From Octopus vulgaris (Eukaryota), in NCBI GenBank assembly GCA_951406725.2, contig OX597820.1, forward strand, positions 82,708,001-82,772,000: DNA of 64,000 nucleotides, given 5' to 3'. Below are positions 16,027 to 28,599 of the stretch, piece by piece. A program made the position numbers and the translations under genes. Below the pieces are notes generated by a model. The model was not told where the DNA came from and searched no databases. It saw nothing but the letters and a program-made list of their open reading frames with translations. The stretch's first letter is position 1; every line of letters begins with the position of its first letter.

Positions 16027-17282
16027 TTAGGTTCCGAAAATAGTGGCAGCTCTAAGTGTTGTGATTTGAAACGCAATTTTATCATAGTATTTTAATTATA
16101 TTTTGGTGAATTTCGATATACTTAATAATTGATGTATGTTCTTGAATAATTTTCTACTTATTTCCGACAGGAAACATTCTTGAAGCATAGGTGCCCTTTA
16201 TTATGAACATCACAAAAAAGGACCTAAGCTTCTTTTCTTGGATGACTTCAAGCTTGGGCACAAAGTCTCCCAAACTGCTGCCAGTATCAACAGAGCATGG
16301 GGAGAGGTGTCCACAAGTGATTGCACAGTACGAAGGTGGTTTTAGAAATTCCGTAGTGGGGATGAGAACCTTGAAGATGAGGAAGGTAGAGGACGGTCAT
16401 GCAGTGTTGGCAATGAACAATTGAAAGCAATTGTTGACCAAACCCACGTCAGAGTGTCAGACAAATGTCTCAGGCACTTGGTATCGGTATTGCAACGGTC
16501 TCACGCAATTTGCAGAAGATTGGTAAGGTGAAAAAAAGTTCGATAAATGGGTACTGCTCAATGGAAATCAAAAAGTTTAGTGTTTTGAAGTGTGTTCGAT
16601 GCTCTTTCTGCGAAACACCATTGATCCCTTTCTTGATCGAATAGTCACTTGTAACGAACAGTGGATCTTTTATGATAACCGTAAACGATCAGGTTAATGG
16701 CTTGCTCGTGATGAGTCCGCCAAGCATTTCCCAAAGCCAAAGTTGCATCAGCAGAAGATTATGGTGACTGTCTGGTGGTTTGCAACTGGTGATGTCCATT
16801 ACAGCTTTCTAGAAGATAGTCAGAATATTACAGCAGAAGTTTACTGCAATCAACTCGATGAAATGCATGCTCATTTTCAAAGAAATGAGGCATGCATTGG
16901 TAAATAGGCGTAGCCCAATTCTGCTCCACGATAATGCAATGTCACATGTTGCAAGAATGATGCTCCAGAAACTCACAGATTTGGGATACGAGCCTTTACC
17001 ACATCCTCCATATTCTCCTGATCTTTCACCGACTGACTACCGTTTTAAAGCATCTAAGCAAGTTTGAAGTGATAAAAGTTTCAGGTCTAAACCAGAAGTG
17101 GAATCATCTTTCAAATATTTTTTAGCATCAAGCCAGTAAGTTTTTTTATCAACGAGGCATAAATAATCTGTTTGATCGATGGCAGAGATGCATAGATGTT
17201 CACGGCTAATACTTTGACTAATCAAAACATTATATTGTTTATTATGTTTCTGAAACCGGCCATTATTTTCGGAACAACCTAA
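16027..17282 (+). mobile_element. Full-length mariner transposon with frameshifted DD34D transposase pseudogene
   Basis: TIRs TTAGGTT(---)CCGAAAATAGTGGC and GCCATTATTTTCGGAACAACCTAA, TA on both flanks; motifs RIVTCNEQWIFYDN, LLHDNA, HPPYSPDLSPTDY. Confidence 0.93.
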
Positions 17283-17329
17283 TAAACGTATATAGTCAAT
17301 ACTATGTACTTAACTTATATGTGTTGTTC

Positions 17330-17662
17330 AAATGCTAGAATGATCAGAGTGAGTTTTCCGAGCTGCAATATCTTCTTAATCCCCATTAGACTCATCCAAC
17401 TCTTTCTGAATCCTTTGCACTGTCCTCTAATTGACACTCAAACATTCGAAATATTCGTATTGGAGCTTCAGCACGAATGCCAAGTTCAGCATGTCTTTTC
17501 GAAATTTCTGGCAGAGTGAATTGCGTTATGGTGCTGTCTTTCTCATAGACGGTGGCCAACTGTCCCTATCATACTGTGTAGTCGACAAAGTCAAAAACAA
17601 ACAATGCGTATGCGCGAAATTGGATATATAAAATGTCGACAATTTTCTCATCGCTTCTTACA
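17330..17662 (-). mobile_element. Tc1/mariner-like 5' fragment
   Basis: Minus-strand HTH-like remnant (RTVQRIQKELDESNGD) and a TIR-like end near 17630-17662. Confidence 0.55.
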
Positions 17663-17689
17663 ACATAGTAACGCCTATACATATATATC

Positions 17690-18185
17690 TTTTGTCTTTT
17701 ATTTGTTTCAGCCAGTTATATGCGTCCATGGTAGAGCACCACCTTAAGTAGCTTTAGTCGAACAAATCGACCACACGGCTTATTTTTAAGATCTCTACTT
17801 ATTATATCACACGTTTTTTTCCGAACCGCCAAGTTACAGGGATGTAAACACATCAGCGGCGTTGGGGGACAAACTTAGACACAAAGACACGCACATGCAC
17901 ACACACACTTACACACCTCGCAAATACAGATATGCTTGCATACATACATACATACATACATACATACATACATACATACATACATACACACACACACTCA
18001 CACCCACATACACACATAAGTATATGCGACGGGTATCTTTCAGGTGCCGCCGACCTATCCAAATCCACTCACAAGGCTTTGGTGGGCTTGAAGCTATAGT
18101 AAAAGGTACTTGCCTTAGGTGCCACACAGTGGGAATGAACCGGGAACCATATTGTTGGGAAGCAAGCTCTTACCACACAGCCACG
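17690..18185 (-). mobile_element. SINE family B (tRNA head, CORE-like GGCACCT..GGCAAGT, internal (TG)/(TATG) tract)
   Basis: Head GTGGCTGTGTGGTAAGAGCTTGCTTCCCAAC..GGTTCCCGGTTCATTCCC on the minus strand. Confidence 0.88.
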
Positions 18186-18194
18186 TCATTCCTA

Positions 18195-18247
<53 letters not shown>

Positions 18248-18773
18248 ATCAAAACCTCTCTCTGCATGCACAAGCAATATTTTACATTCATATATTTCAA
18301 AGCGCCCCTATCTGCAATATTAACCCCACCAGGATAACTCTTTTCCTAAACATGAACACAAATAACACACAAACTGCACACAAAGAAGAAATATTCCCCC
18401 TATGGCGAACAACCTCAGCATACATGTATAAGAACACCATGCCCACAACAAAAACAAAATAATGGAAACAAATTGACCACACAAATTTTTCCAAAAAGAC
18501 AAATCTAAGGGAGACAAACATCCAAAAGATGCCATCCAAGAATAACTTTCCTTAAATTAATTGAGTCATCGTTTTATTCAAGTGAAACGAGCCTCTTTTC
18601 CAAAATGGAGTTGAACAACTTTCTCCATGTGATTGGCTTGGAAAATTGTTAAGTCACTAGGATATTTTCCAGCTTTTTATTACATGTAACCATTGGTAGC
18701 CTTAATTCACAAATAAAGAGATTATAGCCATCAGTGTAGTGTTGAGCACGCGCTCCTTTTCATTTGACTTATG

Positions 18774-18823
<50 letters not shown>

Positions 18824-19298
18824 TGTTTATACACATTATTAATTTCCACTTCACTTTCTTGCATGGGTCAGCTAGAATTTCTCGTGGTAGGCCTTCTATG
18901 GGCAGTTGCTCATACCTTGGCTGCTTTCACTTTCAGCAAACCAGATAATGGCATGATAATGTTTTTAAGGAATACTGGTAAACTGTAACTTTGTTTGTTT
19001 TCGATTATTGGTCATTGTGAAGTTTCATCTAACAAACCTATGCACAAAGCTTTCATTTGTCCCACAGCTATAGAAAAGAGACTTACTTCGTATTGCAGTA
19101 CACATTGGACTAAACTCAAAAACATAGTGTTAGGAAACAAAATTCTTAACTACACAACCATACCTGCACTTGCTTGTCTCTCCCCCGCTCTATGATATAT
19201 ATTTGCTTTGAAATTCACCATTTCTAGAAAGGATTATTGCATATTCCAAAACTTTCTAAATACTTATGACATCAGGTATATATATATATATATATATA

Positions 19299-20061
19299 TA
19301 AATTGATCAAAATAAAATAAAAACATGATGCGAAGGATTCAGCGGTACATATGTTTCGGGCCTTTATTAGACAGATTTATAACAATGCATAATGTATGTC
19401 TGTGGCCTTCTTCAGCCGCGCACAACAGCTTCCGCAAGGACATGTGTTACATCAAAAATTCTTGGTTGGGGATGCAAATCCTCTCATCCACGTACGACAT
19501 AATGCGGCAGCAGCATAGAATTGAAGCGTCCATCTCTTTCTTCTCTCAATGTAGAATGAGGAAAATTGGATGTTGAGGTAATGTAAATAAATAAATACAT
19601 ATATAGAGGTGAAGATGGAGGGGCGAGAGTTCGGGACGAGGGATAAAAAATGTATAAAAATTGTAAGTATAGAATAATATAAAAATGTAGAGGATAAAGA
19701 GTTGTAAGGAGATGTAAAGGGGGTATAAAGAAATATAAAGAAATGTAAATAAATGTAAAGGCATAAGGTTATAAAGTAAAAATAGAAATAGAAATAAAAA
19801 TAAAAATAAAAATAAATAGAAATAAAAGTAAAAAAATCTGATAAAACCATGATAAAAGTGTAAAAGAATGTAAAGATAAGGGATGTATAGAGGTTACGGA
19901 CCAAGCATGGTGGTCAGGAGATTGATAAAATATGTTGTGCGCGGCTGAAGAAGGCCACAGACATACATTATGCATTGTTATAAATCTGTCTAATAAAGGC
20001 CCGAAACATATGTACCGCTGAATCCTTCGCATCATGTTTTTATTTTATTTTGATCAATTTA
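19299..20061. mobile_element. Foldback element with 129-bp apparently identical inverted arms (19299-19427 and 19933-20061), probable non-autonomous PLE derivative
   Basis: Arms are reverse complements (identical ORF starts MMRRIQRYICFGP on both strands); left arm abuts (TA)n; each arm contains a hammerhead motif. Confidence 0.85.
19941..20018 (+). ncRNA. Minimal type-I hammerhead ribozyme motif (mirror copy at 19342-19419, minus strand)
   Basis: GCGG-CUGAAGA-AGGCC...GGCCC-GAAA-C(AUAU)G-UA-CCGC: stem I GCGG/CCGC, full core, palindromic CAUAUG stem III, GUA triplet. Confidence 0.8.
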
Positions 20062-20273
20062 CTCCACCACCTACACCACCAAACGGTATACACAGGTGCT
20101 TATAATTATCAAGTACTCACCCCGAATTTCTATACTCAACTATATATATATATATATATATATATTTATACTGGAGTAAGCATATAAATGTGAAACAAGG
20201 TGGAAAAAAGAGCACTCAAATACCAGAGGTAGAGTAATATGCTTTATTTAAAAGCAACAGAAATATAACAAAA

Positions 20274-20313
20274 GCTGTTACTCAGAGTTTCACGTTCCCG
20301 TTCCTCGAACAGC
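20274..20313 (-). ncRNA. Compact hammerhead-like motif with variant core
   Basis: GCUGU-UCGAGGA-ACG(GGAA)CGU-GAAA-CUC(U)GAG-UA-ACAGC. Confidence 0.65.
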
Positions 20314-20314
20314 T

Positions 20315-20366
<52 letters not shown>

Positions 20367-20410
20367 CACACACACACATATATATACACATACATACACA
20401 CACACGCACA

Positions 20411-20493
<83 letters not shown>

Positions 20494-21094
20494 TTATACA
20501 TACATACATACATACATACATACACATACACACACAGATATATATATGTATGTATGTATGTATATATTATTTAAAACAGTGTGATTCGGCCCCATGTGAC
20601 TTCAAGTTTCATGGGCCTTTAACAGAAGCATGTTGTATTCAGTCTTTAAGTTTGAACATAAAACAGGTAGATTGTTTGGGCCTGATATGTTTGGTTTATA
20701 AACCTTAGAAGTTAAATTCAACTGTTGAATACTGTGTTGTTATCAAACGTATTCAATGGTTTTTAAAGAACATATACAGTTTGTTTTTTAGCCTTTAGTT
20801 TAGTTTACCAGGAAAACATCATTTCCGGTTAGCTACCGACACATGATCTGTCTGTGTCCATAAACTGTGAGCAAGGGAGTCTACTGCCCCCTTTCTAACC
20901 TTAGCAATACTCGTAGACAAATGGTTTCTTGGTTATTTCTTTTCTTTGGTACATAACAATCACCGCACAACCTTGCTCGTAGTATATACTTTTAAAGCCA
21001 CACACAGTTGCTGATCTCGTAAAGAGAAAAACAACTTGTTTTAAATCTCTGATTGAGATCTATATAGTAAAAGTACCATATAGTAAAGAGTGTT

Positions 21095-21291
21095 TGTGAA
21101 CAGAAATATTTTTGAAATACTTTCCTTACTTCAATTAATTTTAAAAGAATTTTGAATGTGTCTTTATTCAGCTGATGCTTCATATATCAACATAAAATTT
21201 AAGGGAAAATTTTAATTTAGATCACTTTAAGCAGATAGCTTGTTATGGTAGAGTCATGACTCTTTTAAGTGGGTTGCTATGAAAAGGATTA
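21095..21291. mobile_element. Decayed piggyBac-like MITE
   Basis: Ends ...GAAAAGGA|TTAA (GGG|TTAA-like) and interrupts the 54-bp array; family recognised from memory only. Confidence 0.45.
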
Positions 21292-21794
21292 AAGCCAAAA
21301 AAAAAAAAAAATTCAGCAGTCTCTAATTATTACGACTAATCTTGCATTCCAAGTCATCAAGGAAATATAGTGGACATTAAAGAGCAGGCAGACTCTTGTT
21401 TTCAAAGTGAATTGTTAGATATCGTGGATTCAAAGATCAGAGTAACTGTGGTTGATAATAACAAATGTTATAATATATATAGCTAATTTAAATTCATGTC
21501 TTCATGTTCTCTGAAATCAACTGTTGAATATACTAAACTTTAAACACTAGATCAACTCTGGTTATAAAAATCAATGCTAAATATAGTGAATATTAAAGAC
21601 ATCTGGTGAATAGAAGAAGAATTTTTAATACCAGATTTTTTGAGGGTTTGAAGTTATCAGGTGAATGCAATTAAATAGTAGATTAAAGAATAGATTTGTT
21701 CTAATTTTGTAAAGTCAATTGATGAACATAATGATTTTAAAGATCTAGTCCATACTGTTTTTTAAACATCACTTGGGAAATATTGTGAACATAA

Positions 21795-22014
21795 ATCGTT
21801 TAGCATACAAATTACTCTATCAAATGTAATGCTTATTTAGTCACATTATTTAAAATTAATCATGCATTATCTCACAGCTTCACGATTTTGATGATGTGAC
21901 TGCTTATGTTTAGATGACATTGTAGGGTAGGTGTGAGACGCTAGATCTGACCACTTTTAACATAAAATGGATAGTTTATTTGGGTTAAATTTGGCTGCCT
22001 TAAATGCTAAAGGG
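21795..22014. mobile_element. piggyBac-like MITE
   Basis: Right end AAATGCTAAAGGG|TTAA; left end (T)CGTTTAGCAT is a degenerate inverse; related fragment at ~20650-20715. Confidence 0.7.
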
Positions 22015-22679
22015 TTAAAGACCAGATGCACTCTGGCTTTTAAAGTCATCTAATGTTAACTGTGAATATTTTACAACAGATCCACTTGTTCTGCCAAGTC
22101 AGCTGGAGAAAATAGTGTATGTCATGGAACAGACGCACTCTGGTCTTTAAAGCTAACTAGAGTCAACTGGTTAATATAGTGAACTTCAAAGACAAGACCC
22201 TGTATGGCTTTTCAAGGCAATTGATGAATATATTGGACTTTGAATAACATATACACTCTGGTTTCAATGTCAAACGGTGAATATAAGGGATTTTTAGACC
22301 AAATCCACGTGGGTATTTAATGATAATCGGTGTATATATGCACAGTAACTTTAAAGTCAAGTGCTAAATATAGTCTTATTTAAAGACTAGAAGCACACCG
22401 GTTTTTAAAAGCAACTTAAAAGTGTAAAACCACCTTGATTTTTTAAAGCAAATGATGAAAATAGTAGACTTTAAAAAGGAAATCTCCTCTGGGTATTAAG
22501 ATCAAATGATACAGATTTTCACTGAAGTCAACTTGAGCATAAAATAAACTTTAAACATGATATAAAGTCTGGTTTAAGATTTAACGTTTAAAAAAAGTGA
22601 CCAGATGCGTTCTTGTTTGTCTTCAATGTCGATTTTCCCTTTTTTAAACTTCTTCATCCATCTGTTATCTCTCATCTTT

Positions 22680-23105
22680 TCTCTCATTTACTTGTTTCAC
22701 TCATTAGAGTGCACCCTTGCCTGGGCACCACCTTGAGGAATTTTAGTTGAACAAATGAAACTCGGGATTTATTTTTTAAAAACATGGTACTTATTCTATT
22801 GATCATATCGCGAAGCCTCTAAGTTGCAGGGATGTAAATACACCAACACCAGTTGTCAAGAGTGGATGAGAGACAAGCATAGCCAAAAACACATGCTCAC
22901 ACACACATGCACACACACACATGCAAACACACATATGCACAGACACACGCACACAATTTGCTTCTTACTGTTTTCGTCTTCCAAATCCACTCACAAAGCT
23001 CTAGTTAGCCCAAGGCCAGAGGAGAAGGTAAGGTGCTACACAATGGGGCTGAACCTGGAATTATGCAGTTGGGAAGCAAACTTCTTACCATAAAACCACA
23101 CCTGA
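22680..23105 (-). mobile_element. SINE family B
   Basis: Aligns to 17690-18185. Confidence 0.85.
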
Positions 23106-24184
23106 TCTTATCAATGGTGTCATGGAAAATATAGTAGCCACCATTGACCAAATTTAATCTGGGAACTAAATTCAAATTGTGAGCATCGTAGCTTTTAAAA
23201 TCTGATCCACTCCTGTATTTTATGTAATCTAGTGTATATTGAGAATCACTTGGGTTTTTTAATTCAACTGGTGAATACAGTGCATTTTAAAAAAAGAGAT
23301 CCACACAGATTTTTAATGTCATCTAGTGAATATGTTGGACTTTAAAGACCTAATGCACTCAGGTCTTTAAAGGGAAGTGGTGAATATTATGGATTTAATG
23401 ACTAAATCCACTCTACTTTATGAATGCAATTAAAAGCCCATGGATTCTTGTATTTAAATTCAATTAGTGAATATCATAGACATCAAAGAACAGATCTCCT
23501 TTGGTTCGTAAAGCCAACTGCTGAACATGGTTTCTTTCAAAGATAAAAATCTCCTCTTATCAGTTAAGCCAACCATTGAATACATTAAATTTTAAGCATG
23601 ATATCTATTCTGGTCTGTCTAATTGAAGAATTTGTAGACATTAAAAATCATGAAAACCTTGGTTATTGAAGCTATATCTTGTATAAATGAACTTAAGATT
23701 AGAATTGTGTTCCTTAAATACCTTTAGTGAATATAATGAATTTGAAAGGTTTGGTCCACGCTGAGGTTTTGAAAACCAATGGGCAAATTTATTGGATTTA
23801 TAAGCCAGATCCACCCTGATTTTTAAAATCAAATGGAGAATATAGCGTTCTTTAATGTCCAACAACCTTCTAGTCTTCAAATTCAACAGTTGAATAGAAT
23901 GGGCATTCAAACCTGCTAATGAAGAGGATTATAAAAATGAAGTGTATTATAAAAATACACTTTAAAGTTTGTGCTTTTACATACTGTAGTTAGTAAAGGC
24001 CTGATACACTCATGTTTCAAAGACCCATCTGGTAAACATAATTAAAAAATCAGATAGATTTTGAATTTTAAAATTCAACTGTTAAACATAGTGGAATTTA
24101 AAAATAAATTATGGTCAAGTGCTGAATGAAGTGTAATTTATAGACAACTCTAGAATTTAGAAGTCATTTGGAGAGATATTTTTT

Positions 24185-24660
24185 ATCTTTTATTATTTAC
24201 TTGCTTCAGTCATGAGACTAGTCATGCTGGGGTACCCCCTTGTACAATTTTTATTCGAATGAACTGACCACAGAGCTTCTTCTTAAAGTCTGGTATTTCT
24301 TCTATTGGTCGCTTTTACCAAACTGCTAAGTTACATTGGGCATAAACACACCAACACTGGTTGTCAAGTGGTGGTGGGTGGTGGGGGACAAAGCAGGCAC
24401 AAAGACATATATACGCATGCACACACACAGACTTACACACACACCTACACACACACACACTCTATCTCTCTCACAGGAACACACACACACTTATATGATG
24501 GGCTTCTTTTAAGTTTATATTTATCAAATCCACTCAAGGCTTTGGTTGGCCTGGTGCTATATTAGAAGACATTTGCCGAAGGTGCCACATAGTGGGACTG
24601 AATGCGGAGCCATGTGGTTGGGAAGCAAACTTCATACCATACAATCACATCTGCACCTAT
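24185..24660 (-). mobile_element. SINE family B
   Basis: Aligns to 17690-18185. Confidence 0.85.
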
Positions 24661-26549
24661 GGACTTTAAAATTATAACTGTGTTCCTTAAACTCCTTTGA
24701 TTAATATAAGGGACTTGAAAGACCTGGTCCACACTAAGTTTTTATCGGATTTATAAACCAGAACCACCTTGATTTTTAAAGTCTTACGGTTGACTTTATA
24801 GACATCATTCACTCATCATCTACTCAGGTCAGTAAAGTCTATTGATGAATATAGTGGAGTTTAATGACTGATCCACTCTAAATTTTTAATAATGTCAGCT
24901 GGTGAATACCATGGACTTTAAATGACCAAATTCATGCAAGTTTCGATGTTTAATTGTTAATCTGTTCTAGTTTCTAAAGTTAATAAACAAATATGGTAGA
25001 TGTTAAAGAGCACTTGCATCCTGGTCTCTGAAGCTAAATGGCAAATATGTAAAAATATTTATACTCAGAAGGATATTATTGTGATCATTCTAGCCTTCAC
25101 ATACAGCATACCTAGTATTTTGTGCTATCGATGGTATAGTTGACATTAAATAAATAACTGGAACCAATAAAATGATGACTCACTAAAGTTTTTAAAATTA
25201 CATGTTGAACACAGATGGCCCAAAGACTAGCTCTACTCTGGGATTTAAAATAGTGGTTATAGTCACATTTTATAACCATATTCAAACTGATTTTTAAATT
25301 TAATTGTTGAATACAGTTAATTTTAAGAACAATATTCACTCTCATTTTCTATCACATGTGCATATGGTAGATGTAACAGATCTACTTCATCCTGTATAAC
25401 CAATTGGTAAGTATAATGAACCAGATTCACCCTCGTTTTGTGAAGTTATCTTGTGGATATAATGTACTTTAAAGGCCAGTCCACACTGGTGAGTACATTT
25501 GTTTCAAAAGCAATATCTCTTTTATATAAAAATCCAACAATTTCAACTCAATTTTGCAGACCAGATATATTCTGGTCAGTAAAATCTGCTAGAGAAGACA
25601 GTGGACTTTGATGACCAGTTCCAGTTTAATGTATACTGGAATTTAAAGGCAGATTCAGTCTGTTGTGGAAAGTCAACTGATAAATATAATGGAGTTTGAA
25701 GAGTAGATCTGTTCATGTTTGAAGCCAGCTGACAAATATAGTTGACATTAAATATCAAATACTCTCTGGTTTTAATCACAGCTTGTGAATATACTAAATT
25801 TTACAGACCAGATCTATTCTGGTCAGTAAAATCTGCTAGAGAAGACAGTAGACTTTGATTACCAGGTTCCTTCTACTCTTTAATGCTACCTGGTGAACTT
25901 TTAAGTTGATCAGATTCACTATGGTTTTTAACACCAAATTTTGATGAAAATTGTAAATCTAAATAACTACACCCAGTCTTGTTTTGGAAAATTCCTGGTA
26001 AATATCATGGGATTTAAAACCAGACAGAGGTTTTATGTGAACTTTAAAAAGCATATCATACATCTCAGGTATATGATACCAACTGGTGAATGTAGCAAAT
26101 GTTAATGGTAAAATCTATTCTGGATATAGCAGACTGTATTGGGCAGGATCCTTTCTGATATATGAAGTTAACTGTTGAATATTGTGGTGAACTTAACTTT
26201 TTCTTTATTACCTGATAAATATAGTCATATTAAAGACAATGAATAAGCCATAACCTGGTCAGTCGATAAGATAGAAATAAGAGCCAGTACCCTCTTAAAT
26301 TACACTATACTTTCTTAGAAAAGGTACAATGGTTCAAATGTTCCAAAGTATATTTAATTTGTGTGTAAATACAATGTGGGAATGTTTTTGGTCAAAGAAA
26401 TGTTCTACCGAGACTAACTCTGATCTTAGCAACAATTGAAGATTTATATAAAAAATTTTAACTTTCACATTAAAACCATCCGAAATGATTGCATAACTAT
26501 TCTATTATATCGGGTACAAGCACAGATAACCACAATAACTGTGTGCGAA

Positions 26550-28230
26550 TTTTGAGCGTAACGTTATCAAAGAAAAATGGAATACTTTCTACGAAAAACT
26601 CAGTGATATTAGCTGAATAAGAAAATATGAAAGAAGAAGTAATGAAGCACAACATAGCGGGCAATGGCAACGGACGATAATGGATATCACACAAAAAACC
26701 GTCAAAACACGTGCTACACAACAATACGACATAATCGCAGTAACTTAAAACAAGGGAGACACAACAACACACTTAAGTACGAATTAGGTAAACCAAATAG
26801 GACATTAATACGTGTTAATGAAAAGCCAGCTGTAAAGTTCGAGAGAGGATATCAAAATAAAAAAACTGAAGTGATAACATTCATAAAAGACTAGGAAGAT
26901 AATGTTACATCTGAGACTAGAATACCTACTTAGGTAAGTTAACTTTGCATTATAAATATTTCTAGAAGAAATAAAAGGCACAAGTATATTGGGTATGAAT
27001 AAACTAATGTACACTACACTGTGTGTTATAACTAAACTAATGGCGTAGAAATATGTGGGAAAATAAGAAAACATAAATCAGAAATTAGCGTCGAGACGAA
27101 AACTTGAACAGGAAATCAACAGAAAAAGAAAAGATATAACAATACATAACAATTGAGTGCCAGAAATATAACAAAGAATATAAAAAAAGTAAGTAAAAAA
27201 AACAACCAATGCTATATAGAAGTTTTAACATTAATGATGAACAACTGAAATAAAGAAGCAATGATTAATTTATCAGGTGAAAACGGAATTTTTAGAATAC
27301 ATCGATTTGATAAAAGAATGAAGCAAAGAAACAAAATAAAATGTTTCAGGAAGATAAAGGAAACATTTTACAGAGAGTTTAACAAAATATAACAAAATAC
27401 AAATTAGAGAACAAGAAATACTGACATTTTGAAAAAATATATTGGAAGCTGATAACAAAACATAAAACAAGAGAAATATTGAATAGTATCATGAGAAATA
27501 AGAAATATTACAGCGGAACATATAATGCAAGAGATAAAAGCAAAACGCTATTAGATGTAAGCTGGATTAGACAAAAATCTAACATTTCTGGATAAAACGT
27601 CTCCATATTTCATTCACACATTGCACCAATCTCTTAATGAGATAATAAAATGTCCATCTCAAATATTTGGGCAACAATGATCCTACCAATGAGAGCAAAA
27701 CGAGTGGCTGCAAAAACACTAAAGTAATAACTTACTTCTATTAAGAGTAAAATGTGGTATCAATGTCTAGATAGTATAATATTCTGTCCGTTAATAAAGA
27801 TATATCAGATCACAGTAAGTAGCTGACGAAGAGAAGGTCAGCTGAACATGTTTACTTGGCTGTAAAGAAATAAAATATATATGAATAATGCAGACTGGAA
27901 AACAAAATAACATTCATGCTACCTCGGTAGGTTTCGAAAAATCATACAAGCACCAAAATAATGACTTGACCACATTCTAGAGATCGCAGCCAAAATGTTC
28001 TTGAATAACAAATTACCGTCATTAACATTAGAAAGATCAGGTACTGTAAAGCGGTTTGAGATAAAAAGTTTGATAAACGTTTAAACGATGGGTTGGTCGC
28101 AGCCGAGTCATCTTTATTCAGAGATATGCTGGACGATGTCTAATCTGGAGCTAAATAACGACTCAAAGAAATGACACTGCAGATAATATAGTCTTGAATA
28201 CATTATGTTTACATAAAATACCGGACGATC
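26550..28230 (+). mobile_element. Highly decayed non-LTR retrotransposon, probably Dong/R4-like
   Basis: A-rich sense strand with fragments such as GLDK..FWIK near 27565-27600; many stops. Confidence 0.45.
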
Positions 28231-28599
28231 AAAGCTGGAATACCTGATTATTGATCTGCTCGTTCACAGGTAATCTGGGGTTAAATATCATTAAGAAATA
28301 TTGGTCGTAAGATAGCTTAACACATTCATTGATGTTTAGATGGACAATGATATGTAAATTATTTTGTCCTGTACAATCATTTTATCAAGCACAACCACGC
28401 TTAACACTGATTTAAAAATATATGTGTGACTAACTTTCATCCATCAGAAAATAGTTGAGGAAATGACGTTCTATTCCTGCCACCTCTACAATCATCACAA
28501 TTACTACCATCAATAGTTGAAAAGAGACCGAAAAGAGGAATGAAAAATATGACGTACATTTGGGGCGAATATGTAGAGGACTGTATATTATATATCTTT

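Larger units (their letters stand above)
20570..26250. repeat. Degenerate tandem array of ~54-bp hairpin unit
   Basis: Eye-derived consensus GGTGAATATAGTGGACTTTAAAGACCAGATCCACTCTGGTTTTTAAAGTCAACT; anchor spacing 22170/22224/22277 and 23271/23326/23380. Confidence 0.85.

Noticed and set aside
20570-26250. Array as CRISPR, or as a gene for an 18-aa repeat protein (minus consensus LTLKTRVDLVFKVHYIHQ is open)
   Set aside because: No unique spacers and no cas genes in eukaryotic DNA. Units have frequent frame-breaking indels and stops, and one open frame in 18 codons is expected by chance.
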